This document shows, piece after piece, positions 34,624-46,900 of a DNA stretch of 64,000 nucleotides. The translations under genes and the position numbers were made by a program. Source of the stretch: Podarcis muralis. Its lineage: Eukaryota. Every line of letters starts with the position of its first letter. Within the stretch, counting starts at the first letter, position 1. The stretch is taken from assembly GCF_964188315.1 (NCBI RefSeq), contig NC_135661.1:4650001-4714000 (forward strand), written 5' to 3'. The notes under the pieces are model-generated. The model was given only the letters and a program-made list of their open reading frames with translations, made no database searches and had not been told where the DNA came from.

Positions 34624-35820
34624 GACTTCCCCTCAACCTGCTATGTACATATTACCTTTAAAGCACATTGAGAGCACCCTGTCTTCTTCTTAAACATTTC
34701 TAGGCACTATAGTTTACCCGTCACGGAGCTACAATTGCCAGCAACCCTAAACATAATTTTCTGAGGGGGCGAGGAAGATGTGCTTTGAATGTGCTTCAAG
34801 GGTCTAGTGTGTGGGCTGCCCTCCCCACTTTGGGAACCGACACGAACAGGAGTGAGGCAGGCAATTAAGTTCAGCACCGTTTGTGCCTTACAGAATCTGC
34901 TGCCACCAGAGCCGGCCCTACCGTGAGGAGGAGTGAGCATCAGCCTCAGGCAGCAAACGCTGGGGGGCAAGCGGGCGTGGAGAATGGACAGGGCTGTGGG
35001 TGCCATGACCTGCACTCCCTAAACTAGCCTGCTGCCCTCAGGTGCAGGAGAGGCTGGCTGCCCCAATGCCAGAGGAGAAGGAGCAGTTGGCTGCCCTTGG
35101 TCTCAGCTTTAGAACCTGTTATGGAGGAAGAGACAATCTTGTCCTTTGCCTTGAGCCAGTCCTGGTTGCCACAAGATGTGGCAATGGGTGCTAACAGAGA
35201 AGGCTTTAAACGGGAGTTATAGAAGTCCTCCAGGAAGTTGTCTATTTACTATGGTGATGAAATCTGATCTTCACATTTAGAGGCACTGAAGCTCTGGGCA
35301 CTATTTGCTGAAAAGCAGGCAAACTGCAAGAAACGGCTCTTGCATCTGTGACCTCTTTGTGACAGACCTGGGGGCGTCTGGCTTGCCTGCTGCTGCCAAA
35401 AGGAAGATGCTGGACTAAGTGGATGTTTGATGAGCTGCAGTTTTAAGAACTTGAGCTTGAGTTTGTTTCTTCCTCCTCTTCCTTTCTCATCATGTGCCAG
35501 GTCTTTATAGGCCATGTGCCTGTGCTCAGGCACTGTCTTTATACCAATTTTTGTAAACTGCGCCAAAAGCCTTTTTGACTAAAGGGTATTAAATGCCATA
35601 AATAAATAAGATCCCAGATCCAACAGAGCTCCCAGAGAGAAGGAGAGCAATATTCTATTTTGTCTGCACTTTAATGAGAAGATCTATACATTTGCACTTC
35701 TTGAACCAATATTCAATCCAATATACAGCTATCCTTCAAACTTCACACTTCTCTGAATTTTTGCAGTACAGTTCTCCAACCACGGTGTACAAACTTGCAT
35801 ATATGACTGAAAATAACATA

Positions 35821-36046
35821 CAGTGGTACCTCGGGTTAAGAGCTTAATTCGTTCCAGAGGTCTGTTCTTAACCTGAAACTGTTCTTAACCTGAGACACCA
35901 CTTTAGCTAATGGGGCCTCCCACTGCTGCCGCACTGCTGCTGTGCAATTTCTGTTCTCATCCTGAAGCAAAGTTCTTAACCCGAGGTAATATTTCTGAGT
36001 TAGTGGAGTCTGTAACCTGAAGCGTCTGTAACCTGAGGTACCACTG
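35821..36046. mobile_element. Tc1/mariner-type MITE, copy 2, nested in an older AT-rich repeat
   Basis: TA-flanked TIRs cagtggtacctcgggtt / aacctgaggtaccactg. Confidence 0.87.
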
Positions 36047-36964
36047 TATAGAAATGCACATTAGAAAAAATTGCTTGCAAAAGAATGAGTGCATTAATCA
36101 AAACTGCATTCTAAAACATGTTTAGTTGCATAGATTTGCACTAAAATACTGAAGAATATATATATATGTTTAACCATAAATTGCTGCAGAAATGTGGAGA
36201 ACTGAATTTAATATTGAAAACAGAAGAAACTGAGGGGCCCAGAAATTACCAGATTTGCCCATCCCTACCTAGGAAGAACTGGACCCCTGGAACGGCACAT
36301 TAAGGAATGCTGAGCGGAGACTAGAGGAAAGGAGCAGAACCTTCTCCTCATAGACTTGTGCAGAGGGGGCAAAAGGTTCATGGAATTACCCAGATTATGT
36401 CACGATTGTAACACGCTGATTTGTAAAACCTTCCTTAATTATTTAATGCCCTTCTGGTGAAATGGCAACCACCTCTGGGAGGGTGAGGGGGAGGTCAGTG
36501 GATTATGAACTGTGGTTGAACCCGTTCCTGTCATCTGCGTGCTGCATCGCTCAGGACAGTTTGGCGCCTAAGGCAGACAATCCAGCTGACAAGGGCAACA
36601 ATCCAGACCCATGGTGTGCGAGTGCAGTAGGCCAGGCCTGGCAAAAGGGGTGGCCCTCCAGGTGTTGTTGGGCTCCAGCAGCCAGGTGTGATGGGAGTTG
36701 TAGTCCAACAACTGCTGGAGAACAACAGGTTCCCCTCCCCTGCTGGACAAACAAACATACACCTGCTCCCCTTTGCCAATCTATCCATGATTCTGAACAG
36801 TGAAAACACAGGAGCAAGCAGCTGCTCGCCATATCAGGATTCCTGCATTGCAGGGGGTTGGACTAGATGACCCTTGGGGTCCCTTCCAACTCTACAATTC
36901 TATGGGTCCTCAACTGGTGGGCCAGGAGGCCCCACTGGACAGCAGCTACCAGGCCGCTGACTAG

Positions 36965-37510
36965 TTTGGAAAAACTCCTCCTAACAACAGAGGGAGGGAC
37001 ACAGTAGAGAGATGGTATCAAACCACAAATCCCCGCACCACAATTAAAAATTACTGGGAACATGACATAGGATTTGAAATAAACCCTACCCAATGGTCAA
37101 AATGTGGTCTAAACTACCACTTAAATCCATCTGAAGCAAAAAAAGAGAACTTCCTATGAAACCTATCTACTGTACAGATGGTACCTAACACCAAGGAAAT
37201 TGTCACTAATACACTCAGAAACCTCATCCAAATGCTGGAGAGACTGCACCTCCATAGGCACATACTTCCACATGTGGTGGGAATGCCCCAAAGTACAATC
37301 CTTTTGGATAGCAGTGCTGCAGGAAACCCCCAAAGTAACAAAACAGGTAATAGAAGTAACTCCAGAATTAGCCTTATTAAATACCTTCCAAGATAACAAT
37401 GCAAATGCACATGACAAAGAACTCATAAATCATTTATTCTCAGCAGCAAAAAAACATCGTAACTAGACACCGGGAGGACCTATGAGGAGTGAACATAAAC
37501 CACTGGTACC
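36965..37510 (+). mobile_element. L1 ORF2 C-terminal fragment (older, decayed)
   Basis: Frame 37200..37466 gives CWRDCTSIGTYFHMWWECPKVQSFW, the L1 CCHC region. Frameshifted. Confidence 0.75.
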
Positions 37511-37513
37511 AAA

Positions 37514-38400
37514 ATGTATGGGAAACTGACGGTTAAATCAGCTATGATTAAATGGGCACAAGATGTTGGACATAACATTATGATGGCTGACGGGGAGCAG
37601 TTGTGGACCACAGGTATGAAATTTACGGCATGTAATGCCTTAAGAGAGAATATTATGAAAATGATTTACAGGTGGTACATGACACCAGTCAAGCTTGCAA
37701 AAATTTATCATTTGCCCGATAATAAATGTTGGAAATATAAAGAAAATGAAGGTACATTCTTTCACCTTTGGTGGACATGCCCAAAGATTAAGGCTTTATG
37801 GGAGATGATCTATAACGAAATGAAAAAGGTATTTAAATATACCTTCCTGAAGAAACCAGAGGCCTTTCTCCTGGGCATGGTTGGCCAATTGGTGCCAAGG
37901 AAAGATAGGATTTTCTTTATGTACGCTACAACAGCAGCAAGAATACTTATCGCAAAGTATTGGAAGACACAAGATCTACCCACCCTGGAAGAATGGCAGA
38001 TGAAGGTGATGGACTACATGGAACTGGCAGAAATGACCAGCAGAATCCGAGACCAGGGAGAAGAGTCGGTGGAAGAAGATTGGAAGAAATTTAAAGACTN
38101 NNNNNNNNNNNNNNNNNNNNNNNNNNNNNNNNNNNNNNNNNNNNNNNNNNNNNNNNNNNNNNNNNNNNNNNNNNNNNNNNNNNNNNNNNNNNNNNNNNNN
38201 NNNNNNNNNNNNNNNNNNNNNNNNNNNNNNNNNNNNNNNNNNNNNNNNNNNNNNNNNNNNNNNNNNNNNNNNNNNNNNNNNNNNNNNNNNNNNNNNNNNT
38301 GTTAATTTTGTTTTAATTTTCTAATGTTTTTTTGTAAAACTTTATTCTGTAAACTTATGTTTTTTTGTAAAACTTTAATAAATATTTTATATAAAAAAAT
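37514..38400 (+). mobile_element. L1 ORF2 C-terminal fragment (younger) plus AT-rich 3' end, spanning the gap
   Basis: LRENIMKMIYRWY...CWK...GTFFHLWWTCPKIK...AARILIAKYWK. AATAAA and an A-rich end follow the gap. Confidence 0.88.
38100..38299. other. Assembly gap (200 N)
   Basis: Run of N. Confidence 1.
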
Positions 38401-38742
38401 GTATGGGAAACTGCCCCTACTAGAAGAGAGAACTAACAAACTTAAATTAGCATGAGGACAAGCAAAGGAGGACGCCTTCACCCCAGTGTGGTTCCCCTTT
38501 ATCACATTCACAGCACAACAGGACAATGACCTATCCCCCCCCCCCAACAGCATTTGAATCAGTATGACTAACCTGATCCAACAACCCCTCCCCACACACA
38601 TACAAACAAGCTACACTGCAACCAACTGAACACAACCAACCAAACTTGGGACCCACTAACCTCTCACAATGTCTCTCTATATCTCTATACCTCTCTATAC
38701 CATAAGGGCCTACCCATGTGATGCTGGCATAACCCCTGCCAC

Positions 38743-38991
38743 CATGGGTAGGCAAACAAAGGCCCAGGGGCCAGATCCGGCCCAATCACCTTCTAAATCC
38801 GGCCCACGGACGGTCCAGGAATCATCGTGTTTTTACATGAGTAGAATGTGTGCTTTTATTTAAAATGCATCTCTGGGTTATTTGTGGGGCATAGGAATTT
38901 ATTCATTTCTTTCCCCAAAATATAGTCTGGCCCCCACAAGGTCTGAGGGACAGTGGACTGGCCCCCTGCTGAAAAGGTTTGCTGACCCCTG
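38743..38991. mobile_element. hAT-type MITE, sister of 8704-8951
   Basis: Co-linear high similarity and the same terminal sequences. TSD not recognisable. Confidence 0.8.
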
Positions 38992-39467
38992 CCCTAGACT
39001 AACACTAATCAGTAGAATGAAAGGAAAACACCCCCATCTCCATCCCTCTTTCTCTCTCCCCTCTTTCTCTCTCCCTCTTTCCCCCATTGTACTTTTAACG
39101 GCTTATTTGTCTGCTTTGTAACACGATAAAATCTTTAATAAAAACTAATTTACAAAAACTGCCCCCCAAAGAATAATGCCTCATGGGGAGAGGTAGGAAG
39201 CAAGGCTCAGTCCATCACCTTTGCAGAAAGAACAGCTCCATCGGGCACTTCCTGCCTCTGAACTCTGACTGGCTATTTAAAAATTGGGGCCTGGGTTTTA
39301 TTTTTATTTTTCCTCTTCCCTCCTTGTCCCTTGTGTATTTCATTTTTTTTTTTTTTTTTAGATTGTAAGCCTGTGTCAGGATCTGTCCTGTTTTAATTGA
39401 TTGTATGTGACAGTTGGGAGCTTTTGGGGCTGGAGAGTGGAGTGCAAAGCTCTGAGTAAATAAGTAG

Positions 39468-39468
<1 letters not shown>

Positions 39469-39517
<49 letters not shown>
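39469..39517. repeat. (ATT)n microsatellite
   Basis: Direct read. Confidence 0.95.
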
Positions 39518-39518
<1 letters not shown>

Positions 39519-39959
39519 TGCAAAGTTGGTCCCATGCTACCCTGCATGTTTGGACTAAGCTGGAATTCCAGGTATGAAAAGGCTGGTGTCCACTTCTCCC
39601 AACAACCCTTTGTGGAGTTACCAGCACACTTCATGCTTGTGTGCCTCTTTTCATGAGATTAACACCTGCTATTCATATGCTGCTTCAAGAGTGTTCAGCA
39701 AAGGCGTCCATGGATGTGCATTTAAAGCACATTTCTTCTCCCAAGAATCCTGGGAATAGTGGATGGCTAAGGGTGTTGGGAGCCAGAGCCATCTTTCCCA
39801 TAGGGCTTAGTGCTGCGTTGCGCCAGGGCGCTGGCCTCTCAGGGGCGCCCCAGTGAGTGGGGGAGCTCTGCGGCTTTGCCAGCGGCCTCCCCTTTCCTTG
39901 CATGCCTGCCAGCTGCGCCCGCCAACTATATGGCTGGTGGGTGTGCAGCTTGCTTCCCA

Positions 39960-40110
39960 AGCCTCTGCGGGAGGTTAGTGTATATCACCCATGCTCAGAG
40001 ATCTGCTCTGTTTGCCAATTTGCTACTGGGGCCAGGTTCAAGGTGTTACTATTAGTATATAAAGCTTTTAACAACTTGGGGCCGGTTTACCCGTGAGATA
40101 ACAATCCTAT
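39960..40110 (+). mobile_element. L2 LINE ORF2 fragment
   Basis: ARFKVLLLVYKAFNNLGPVY in ORF 39857..40096. Confidence 0.7.
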
Positions 40111-40221
40111 ATGCACCCACACAACCACAGCGATTGGCAGAACCGGCATGCCTACAGGTGCCACATAATACCCGTTCTGCATTTGTAAGAACTTGATCGT
40201 TTAATTCTGTTGTGACGCAGG

Positions 40222-40332
40222 ATGCGGGACACCCGCTGGGACACGGGTGGCACTGTGGTCCAAACCACTGAGCCTCTTGGGCTTGCCAATTGGAAGGTCA
40301 GCGGTTCAAATCGCCGTGATGGGGTGAGCTCC
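40222..40332 (+). mobile_element. Sauria-type SINE, 5' part only
   Basis: gggacacgggtggcactgtgg...ggtcagcggttcaaatc matches the head of the 48547 copy. Confidence 0.75.
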
Positions 40333-41749
40333 CTAACCCTAACCTTGTCAGTAGATTTTTTTCCTATTAGACGCAAGGATTTCACATTTTGAGCAAAGTG
40401 AGAAGGAACAAGGAGAATGCAGGAGAAGCAGCAAACGAGGCTGCAATCTTACACACCTGCTTACTTGGAAGTAAGTCCAGTGGTTCCACCCCTAAAAAAA
40501 GGTTGACAACTCTGGGAAATGGGGGCGGGGGGCGGGCGCCAGAGGGATCTTTGCACCATGGTGCTGGATATGCTTAAGACGGCCCTGCTGGGAGTTGCAG
40601 CTCTGTCGAGGTTCACTACACTTCCCAAGAAAGTCATGCACCATAACAATATGTAAATATAAGGTGTGTATACAGACAGTTCTCTCTAAGCTTTAATGCT
40701 GCTGGACTTCACCCGTGGAGATCCGGTGGGTGCAGAGCCAGGGTGCTGTTGGCTCAGTCACTTTCTTTGCCAGACCTACCTACCTAGGTTATTGACAAAG
40801 TATACCACCAGGGATGGGGAAGATTTGAAGTGAAGTGGCAGGCTGGAAGTGTGTTGCTAAACATCACCTTCTCCCCGCCCCCCAAGCTGCTTCCACTAAC
40901 TCACATTTCTCATGCAGAGCTTACTTCTAGTCTTGGGACCTGGCCTGCAATCCCTGGAGGGAAGGTGGGATACAAATGTGATACCTATCACAGGCTGCTT
41001 CCAGATGAGCTGCTTACTCAGCATTCACCCTGATTTGTTTGCACAAAGTTTGCAGCGAGTTTAGATGACGCTGGCGATTTAAACTGAGCATTTGTTCTGA
41101 TGGGTTTGCCTCGAAGCATGTTTCCCTGGCCTCCCCCATCATTTTCCTTATTGCAAAAAAGTTTGATTGGGGAGGGGGAATTGCCCCTCCATCAAGGGTG
41201 TCACTGAATAGTCTTGTAAGCAGTGGGAGAAGGCAGTGGAGGGTGACTGAGTGTGCTTGGCTTCTGCCCCGCAGTCCCAGAGCAAGTGCCAAGTGAAGCC
41301 CCTTTTTGTCCTGGCAGGGATGGAGGGAAGGAAGCTCCTTGCAGCTGCTGCTTCTCTGGCCAAACAGTGGGGCCAAGTTGATCCTCTAGTGGTCCATGTA
41401 TGAGGAGTCAAGGCTCTGTAGAGGTGACACAATACAATTTAAAAAATGTTCTGAGATGCAGGTCAGTTTCTGAGGTGCTTCCGTTTAGTTCCTTGTTTTG
41501 AAGCTCTTCAGAAGCCAAACACCCTCAGCATAGCTGTACACTTAAGGGTGGCATGGGGCTTAACCCCCCCCCCAATTCCCCTGGAGGGGGAATTCTCCCC
41601 ACAGGCACCAGACTGTGCCAGGGATTTTGACAGGCTCACGGTTGGCCTATCCAGCTCCCTGACTCCCTCCATCTTTCATCTTTCTGCCGCAAGCAGAACA
41701 TCCACCTCTCCTCAGCTGCACAGACCATTGCATTGCTTGTGATTCTCTC

Positions 41750-41983
41750 TAAGACGCTCCCCTGAAGACTGCAATGCTCTCTCTTTCTCTCCCTCCCCAA
41801 GGAAAGAGGGCAGGACAGGGTTTCTGCTCAGAGAGAGCACCATGTGCTTGTGGGCGGGCAAGAGACACAGTACAAAGAGGCTGTCCCTGGGCAGAGGAGC
41901 TGGAGGGAGGCAGAGGCAGCCTGAGCGCAGAGGCTGGTGGAGATCGCTGCTTCCTCTGGAGCCCTTGGCTTGGAACTGGACAG
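41750..41983 (+). other. Candidate non-coding first exon of the HS3ST1-like gene
   Basis: GC-rich stretch ending in the strong donor CAG|gtaaga at 41983. Start and assignment are inferred. Confidence 0.35.
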
Positions 41984-43832
41984 GTAAGAATTTGATTATG
42001 GGGAGATGGAGGCGATAGATAGACCAGCCTGTGCAGGGGAAGACCTGGTGGGCAATGCTGCCAAACTGGCATCTCTTGAGTTTTAGCTAATGCTCATTGA
42101 TCTCCAGTTTTGCTAATACTGTATAAAAAACATAATTTTGCTGTTTATTTTTTTCCCTCCCAAGGAGTCTCTGTGTGTTTCAATTAGGAGGGAAAAAAAG
42201 ATAAATACTAGTTTTTATATTATTGAAAATGAGAGAGGGCATTGCCATAATTTTTGGTCCCACTGACCTGGATGCTTCTTGCAAAGGGGGCTAATCCTCC
42301 TTGAGAGGCTAAATCCAGTTATGTCTGCAAAACCTTTCTTATTGTATTGTAGTTCAAAATTGTTATGAATTGCAAACTTGGGGTACCCTGTACACTACCC
42401 CAGTTTTAATATCCTTGATTAACTGAGTGGGAGAACGCAAAAGTGTGCTCATTATTTCAAGGCATTTTAGTTGGTCCTAATAAAGATCTTGCTTTGGTGT
42501 GGGTTTGGAGTTGATTTATTTTGTAATTATCTGGCACTGCTGCCTATGCTCTGTCCCCTCTCCTAAACAAGTCTTAGATGCTGATGTGGGCCATAGCATT
42601 TTGGGGTTTAGACTTGGGGTTCTTAGCACAGTGGTCTCAGAGCACCTGCTTGGTCTCTTGGACGGAAATCCAATTATTATACTTCTGAGGGCAAAACAAC
42701 ACCTGGGAGAGGAACACTTGTTGTCTTCTGTGTTCCTCTGTGTTTGGCATTGCAGAGAGGGTGTGATACTCCTGCGGAAACGCAGCCTAGCACTTCTCAT
42801 AATCCATGCCAACTTCTCTTCACTTCCAAACATCTTCCTTCTCTTGCATGGCCTCAGGTTCAATGCCCAATGGCATCTTCAGGTGGGGCTGGGAGAGACT
42901 TCTGCCTGAAATCCTGGTGAGCCAAGGCCAGCCAGAGCAGCCAGCACTCAGCGGGATGAACCAAGGGTCTAACTCAGTATAAGGCAACTTCTTGTGTTCC
43001 TCTATTTCGCCTCCACAAATGTGAAATTGCATCCTCCATTCCCTTCCTACTCCTGGTCTCTTGGCTTATTGTCACCCCCCCCCCCACTTTGCACTGATGT
43101 TTTCCCTTTGTTTACAAAATGTACACGCACCTTGCCCCTTCGCAACAGACCTCAGACCTCTGCCCCCTTATTTATTATTTAGCTTGATCTGCTGAAATAA
43201 GCTGGTGATGCTTTTATCACCATGGGGATAAATATGATCACCTGCAAACTTGTACAGATAAAGCTGCTGTTAAAGGCAATGGAGCAAAGAGAAGGGGGGG
43301 GGATGGCAACCCCAAAATGACTGGTGCTACCTGACATGTGCCACAATCACAGGAAGCTTTAATTTAACTTTCAAGTTCTCTTTTTGACAACATCTAAAAC
43401 TAATGCCTCCTTTCTGGCACAGTTAGTATTTTGGCAGTGCTTTGAATTTTTGCCCAGCATTATGTCTGTGTTTCTGTAACTTAAACTTTACTGAATTTTT
43501 GTAAGAGATAATATAGAAAAACATGAAGCAGCACTCCCCACCCTTACTACAAAAACAAAAAATTATTGTAATACAATTCCCCTCCCTAGTTGCTCAGGCT
43601 TATATGCATTCTGGAAACTAAATGAAAGCCATCTATCAGGTACTGATGATAAAGCTGTAGCAAGAGCTCATTTGGGAATGGACTGGCAGCCAAATTAGCC
43701 AACTCCTAATAACAAATCCACATGCTAATTAGATTCTCAAAAAGTGCATTTCTTAAAAAATCTGAATTGCAGAATTGCATGGCTTGACTGAACCTTTTTG
43801 TTTTAACCTTTTCCTCCTGTCTCTGTTTTTAG

Positions 43833-43909
43833 GAACTGATGCCTCTGCTGTATTCTGATGCTGCACATAGAATCAGCAACCTTGGGCTCACCCATCACTG
43901 CCAGCAGAG
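43833..43909 (+). other. Candidate 5' UTR exon of the HS3ST1-like gene
   Basis: Long polypyrimidine acceptor ttttcctcctgtctctgtttttag and GAG|gtacag donor. Confidence 0.4.
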
Positions 43910-46900
43910 GTACAGTCGGTATAAACATTTAACACCGTATCTTCCCCATTGAATCACAGAATTGTAGAGCTGGATGGGACCACGAGGGTCATCCAGTCCA
44001 ACCCCCTACAATGCAAGAATCTTTTTGCCCAATGTGGGGCTTGAACCCATGGCCCTGAGATTAAGAGTCTCATGATCCACTGACAGAGCTATCCCACTTC
44101 CCCCTCAAACACTGCAAATTCTGCTTTCTCCTTCCTCTTCAGTTTTTCTGATGTCCTGGAGCTTATATATCACCAGAAGCGGGCTGAAGGGCACAGAGGA
44201 TCGCTGGTCCTTGCAGGTGGAGCTGCTTTCTGTGTTGGTCAGGGGTCTAGGCAAGAGCAGCTGCTCTCTCTGGGTGCATTGGGATCTCTTGCTTTCACAG
44301 CAAAGAACCCTCCTCTATATCTTTTGTGCTGCTCATAAGTGAGCCTGCCAAAGTTGGCTACTCGTTCCGAGTCCGAGCCAGCATGACGGACGTTGAGGTC
44401 CAGCCACATGTGGAGCAACATTGCAGGTTTCTTACTCTAGGGTGTCCAGGTGCAAAACCATTAAAGTTTGCCGAGAAGAGTTGGCTTCCAGGGAGTCCTC
44501 AGGGCCAGGCATCGTTGGGCAACTCTCAGGGCCCAGCAGGGCTCCTGAGAGCCGTTATGGGGGGAAAGAACAGCCTGCCATTGGAGCAATGTCCTGCCGT
44601 GGTCTGACATTGTATGGTGGGAAATTAAAATTCAGCCTGCCTCTCCTCTTGCTCAGAGCACTGCTGCCAGATATGCCCAAAGGTGTCTTACAGCCAGAGT
44701 TGGGGGATGGGATCCGAAGCTCCTTTGCCCAGGATCCCATCAAACTGGGAAATGAGTCCAGAGATGTTGGCAGGTTCAAGGGGGGGAAACAGCTGGAACA
44801 TGGGAATCTGCCTTATGCCCAAGCCAGGCCATGTGGCTCAGTATTGTCTACACTGACTGGCAGGGACTCTCCAGGGTTTCAGGCAAGGGTCTTTCCCGCC
44901 CTACCTGAGATGCTGGGGATTGAACCTGGGATCTCAGCGTGCAGAGCAGATGCTCTGCCGCTGAGCTGAGGCCTGCAGAAATGCTGCATGCTCACCTGTC
45001 CTCCTTTACACCTGGCTTGCCTCTTCCTGGTGGCCTGTTATGTCACACCGGCCTTCTGGTGTTTAGGAAGCGCTGCCCTCCCTGTCCATCAGCCATCCTT
45101 CAAATCCTTCTTCCTTCTCCTGCAAAGATCTCCCTCAGAAACACTCCCCTCCTTTTCTCTCCTGCCTTCCTCTCGGTGTCCCCTTACACCTTTTTGCAGC
45201 TCTGGTTGCCCTGGCAACCCCTGGTACGCCAGCTGCCCGCCCCAGGGACCCCAAACATGTCATACTCTATCATTAGCAAGTCTTAGGAAGTGGAAATCAT
45301 TCCCCACTGGAGGGATCTTTCTCATTACAGAAAAGCAAGGTGCCAGGAAAACAACTTCCAAACAGTGTCCATTGCCATCAGTCACTCCATCTTGTTGCCC
45401 ACCTGCAGGGGCAGGTAGCAGTAGCAGCAACAGGTCATGACATCCAACAGGACTGGCTTGTGTGCCCCTGTAGTGAGAGTGCATAGTTGGCAGCCACAAG
45501 GGCCCGCATGAATATACAGGCAAAAGCTGTAGCTTGGTGGTAGAGCATGTGCTTTAGGTCCTCAGCATCTCCAGGGAGGGCTTGGAAAGACTCCATGTCT
45601 GAAGCCCAAGGGAGCCACTTCCAGCTGGTATTGCAAAGACAGCACTGAGCTAGCTGTGTCAATGGTCTAACAGCATAAGGCAACTTCATATGTTCCTATA
45701 GGGCAGAGAGTAGGAATCTGCTGCCCTCCAGGTAGGGCTGGATTCCAGCTGCTGCCAGTCATGGCCAATGGTTAGGGAAGATGGGGGAGTTGGTAAGGGA
45801 TAGAGGGTCACATTTTCGCTATCCCTGCTGCGTGGAGAAAGCCATCTCTCAATGGCTGAGCACATCGTCACATGCAGAATGGCCCAATCCCATTGCCAGC
45901 CTCATCTTGACAACCTGGCAACTTCTTCCAGTCAACGCAAGTAACACTGTAGAATGGGTGTGGGGAACCTGTCACCCTCCAAATGTTGAGGGACTTCGAC
46001 TCCCAACAGCCCCACCAAGTGTGGCCAACAGCCTGGGATGATGAGAACTGGAGTTCCGCAACACATTGGAGGGACAAAGGTTCCTCATGCCTGCTGCAGG
46101 TTTCCAGCAAGTTGACCTGTTGGTCTCTCCAACACAGTAAAATTGCCTGACTGGTGGCAGACCTCAAAGACCTCCTCCCTCTATGCTGCTCTTGGAGATC
46201 CTGTGATCTGAAGACAGGATCGAATCTGGGGCATTTTGCATGCCAAGTATATGGTCTACCACTACAGGCTGCTTGTTCTTTTAAGGGATGGCAGAGCGAG
46301 AGACTGAGAGACTTGCCTTTGTGGGGATGACACAATCCATGGAGAGGTTCTTCTGGGCAAGCCCCATCGAAATGCAGGGAAATTGCAGAGACCCACAGTC
46401 CTCCTTTTAAGCAAAGTGAGGCAACCATGTCAGGCAGGAAAGTTGGGGTGTGGGCTGAGTGCAGCAGAGTCGGATTCAAATCTGGTCTCCTGCAAAAGAC
46501 CTGTTGACATGCATTGAACTGTATGAGCACAGCCATTTACACCCGTTGATTAGCAGCAGGCAGTAATCTTGCCTTCACTTGCAAGAGCCCCAGGAAGCAG
46601 CCACTTGGCAGCCGCAGTGCGAAATTTGCCAGAGCTCAGTTAAACGTGTGCAGGGAACTGGAGTTGCCCCTGGAGTCTTCCAGCAGAGTTCATCAAACTG
46701 TTTAGAGCAGCAGTATGGCACCAAGTGACGCCACGTCAGGCCCTGGAGAGGAATTTAGACAGATGCACACACCAAGAATCCTGAGCTCCAGCCTCCTGAG
46801 TCTCATTTAGGAGGAAGGAGAGCTGAAACATTCTTATGAGGTGGGGAGAAGGCAGGTCCATTATCTGCACGATCAGCTCAGTACACACCAGCCTAGGATG

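Noticed and set aside
37514-38305. 263-aa ORF
   Set aside because: Its length is inflated by translation through 200 N. The real part is an L1 fragment.
40331-40344. Telomere-like ccctaaccctaacc
   Set aside because: Only about two units at a SINE truncation point.
42499-42909. Overlapping ORFs on both strands, possible transposase relic
   Set aside because: No recognisable motif in any frame.
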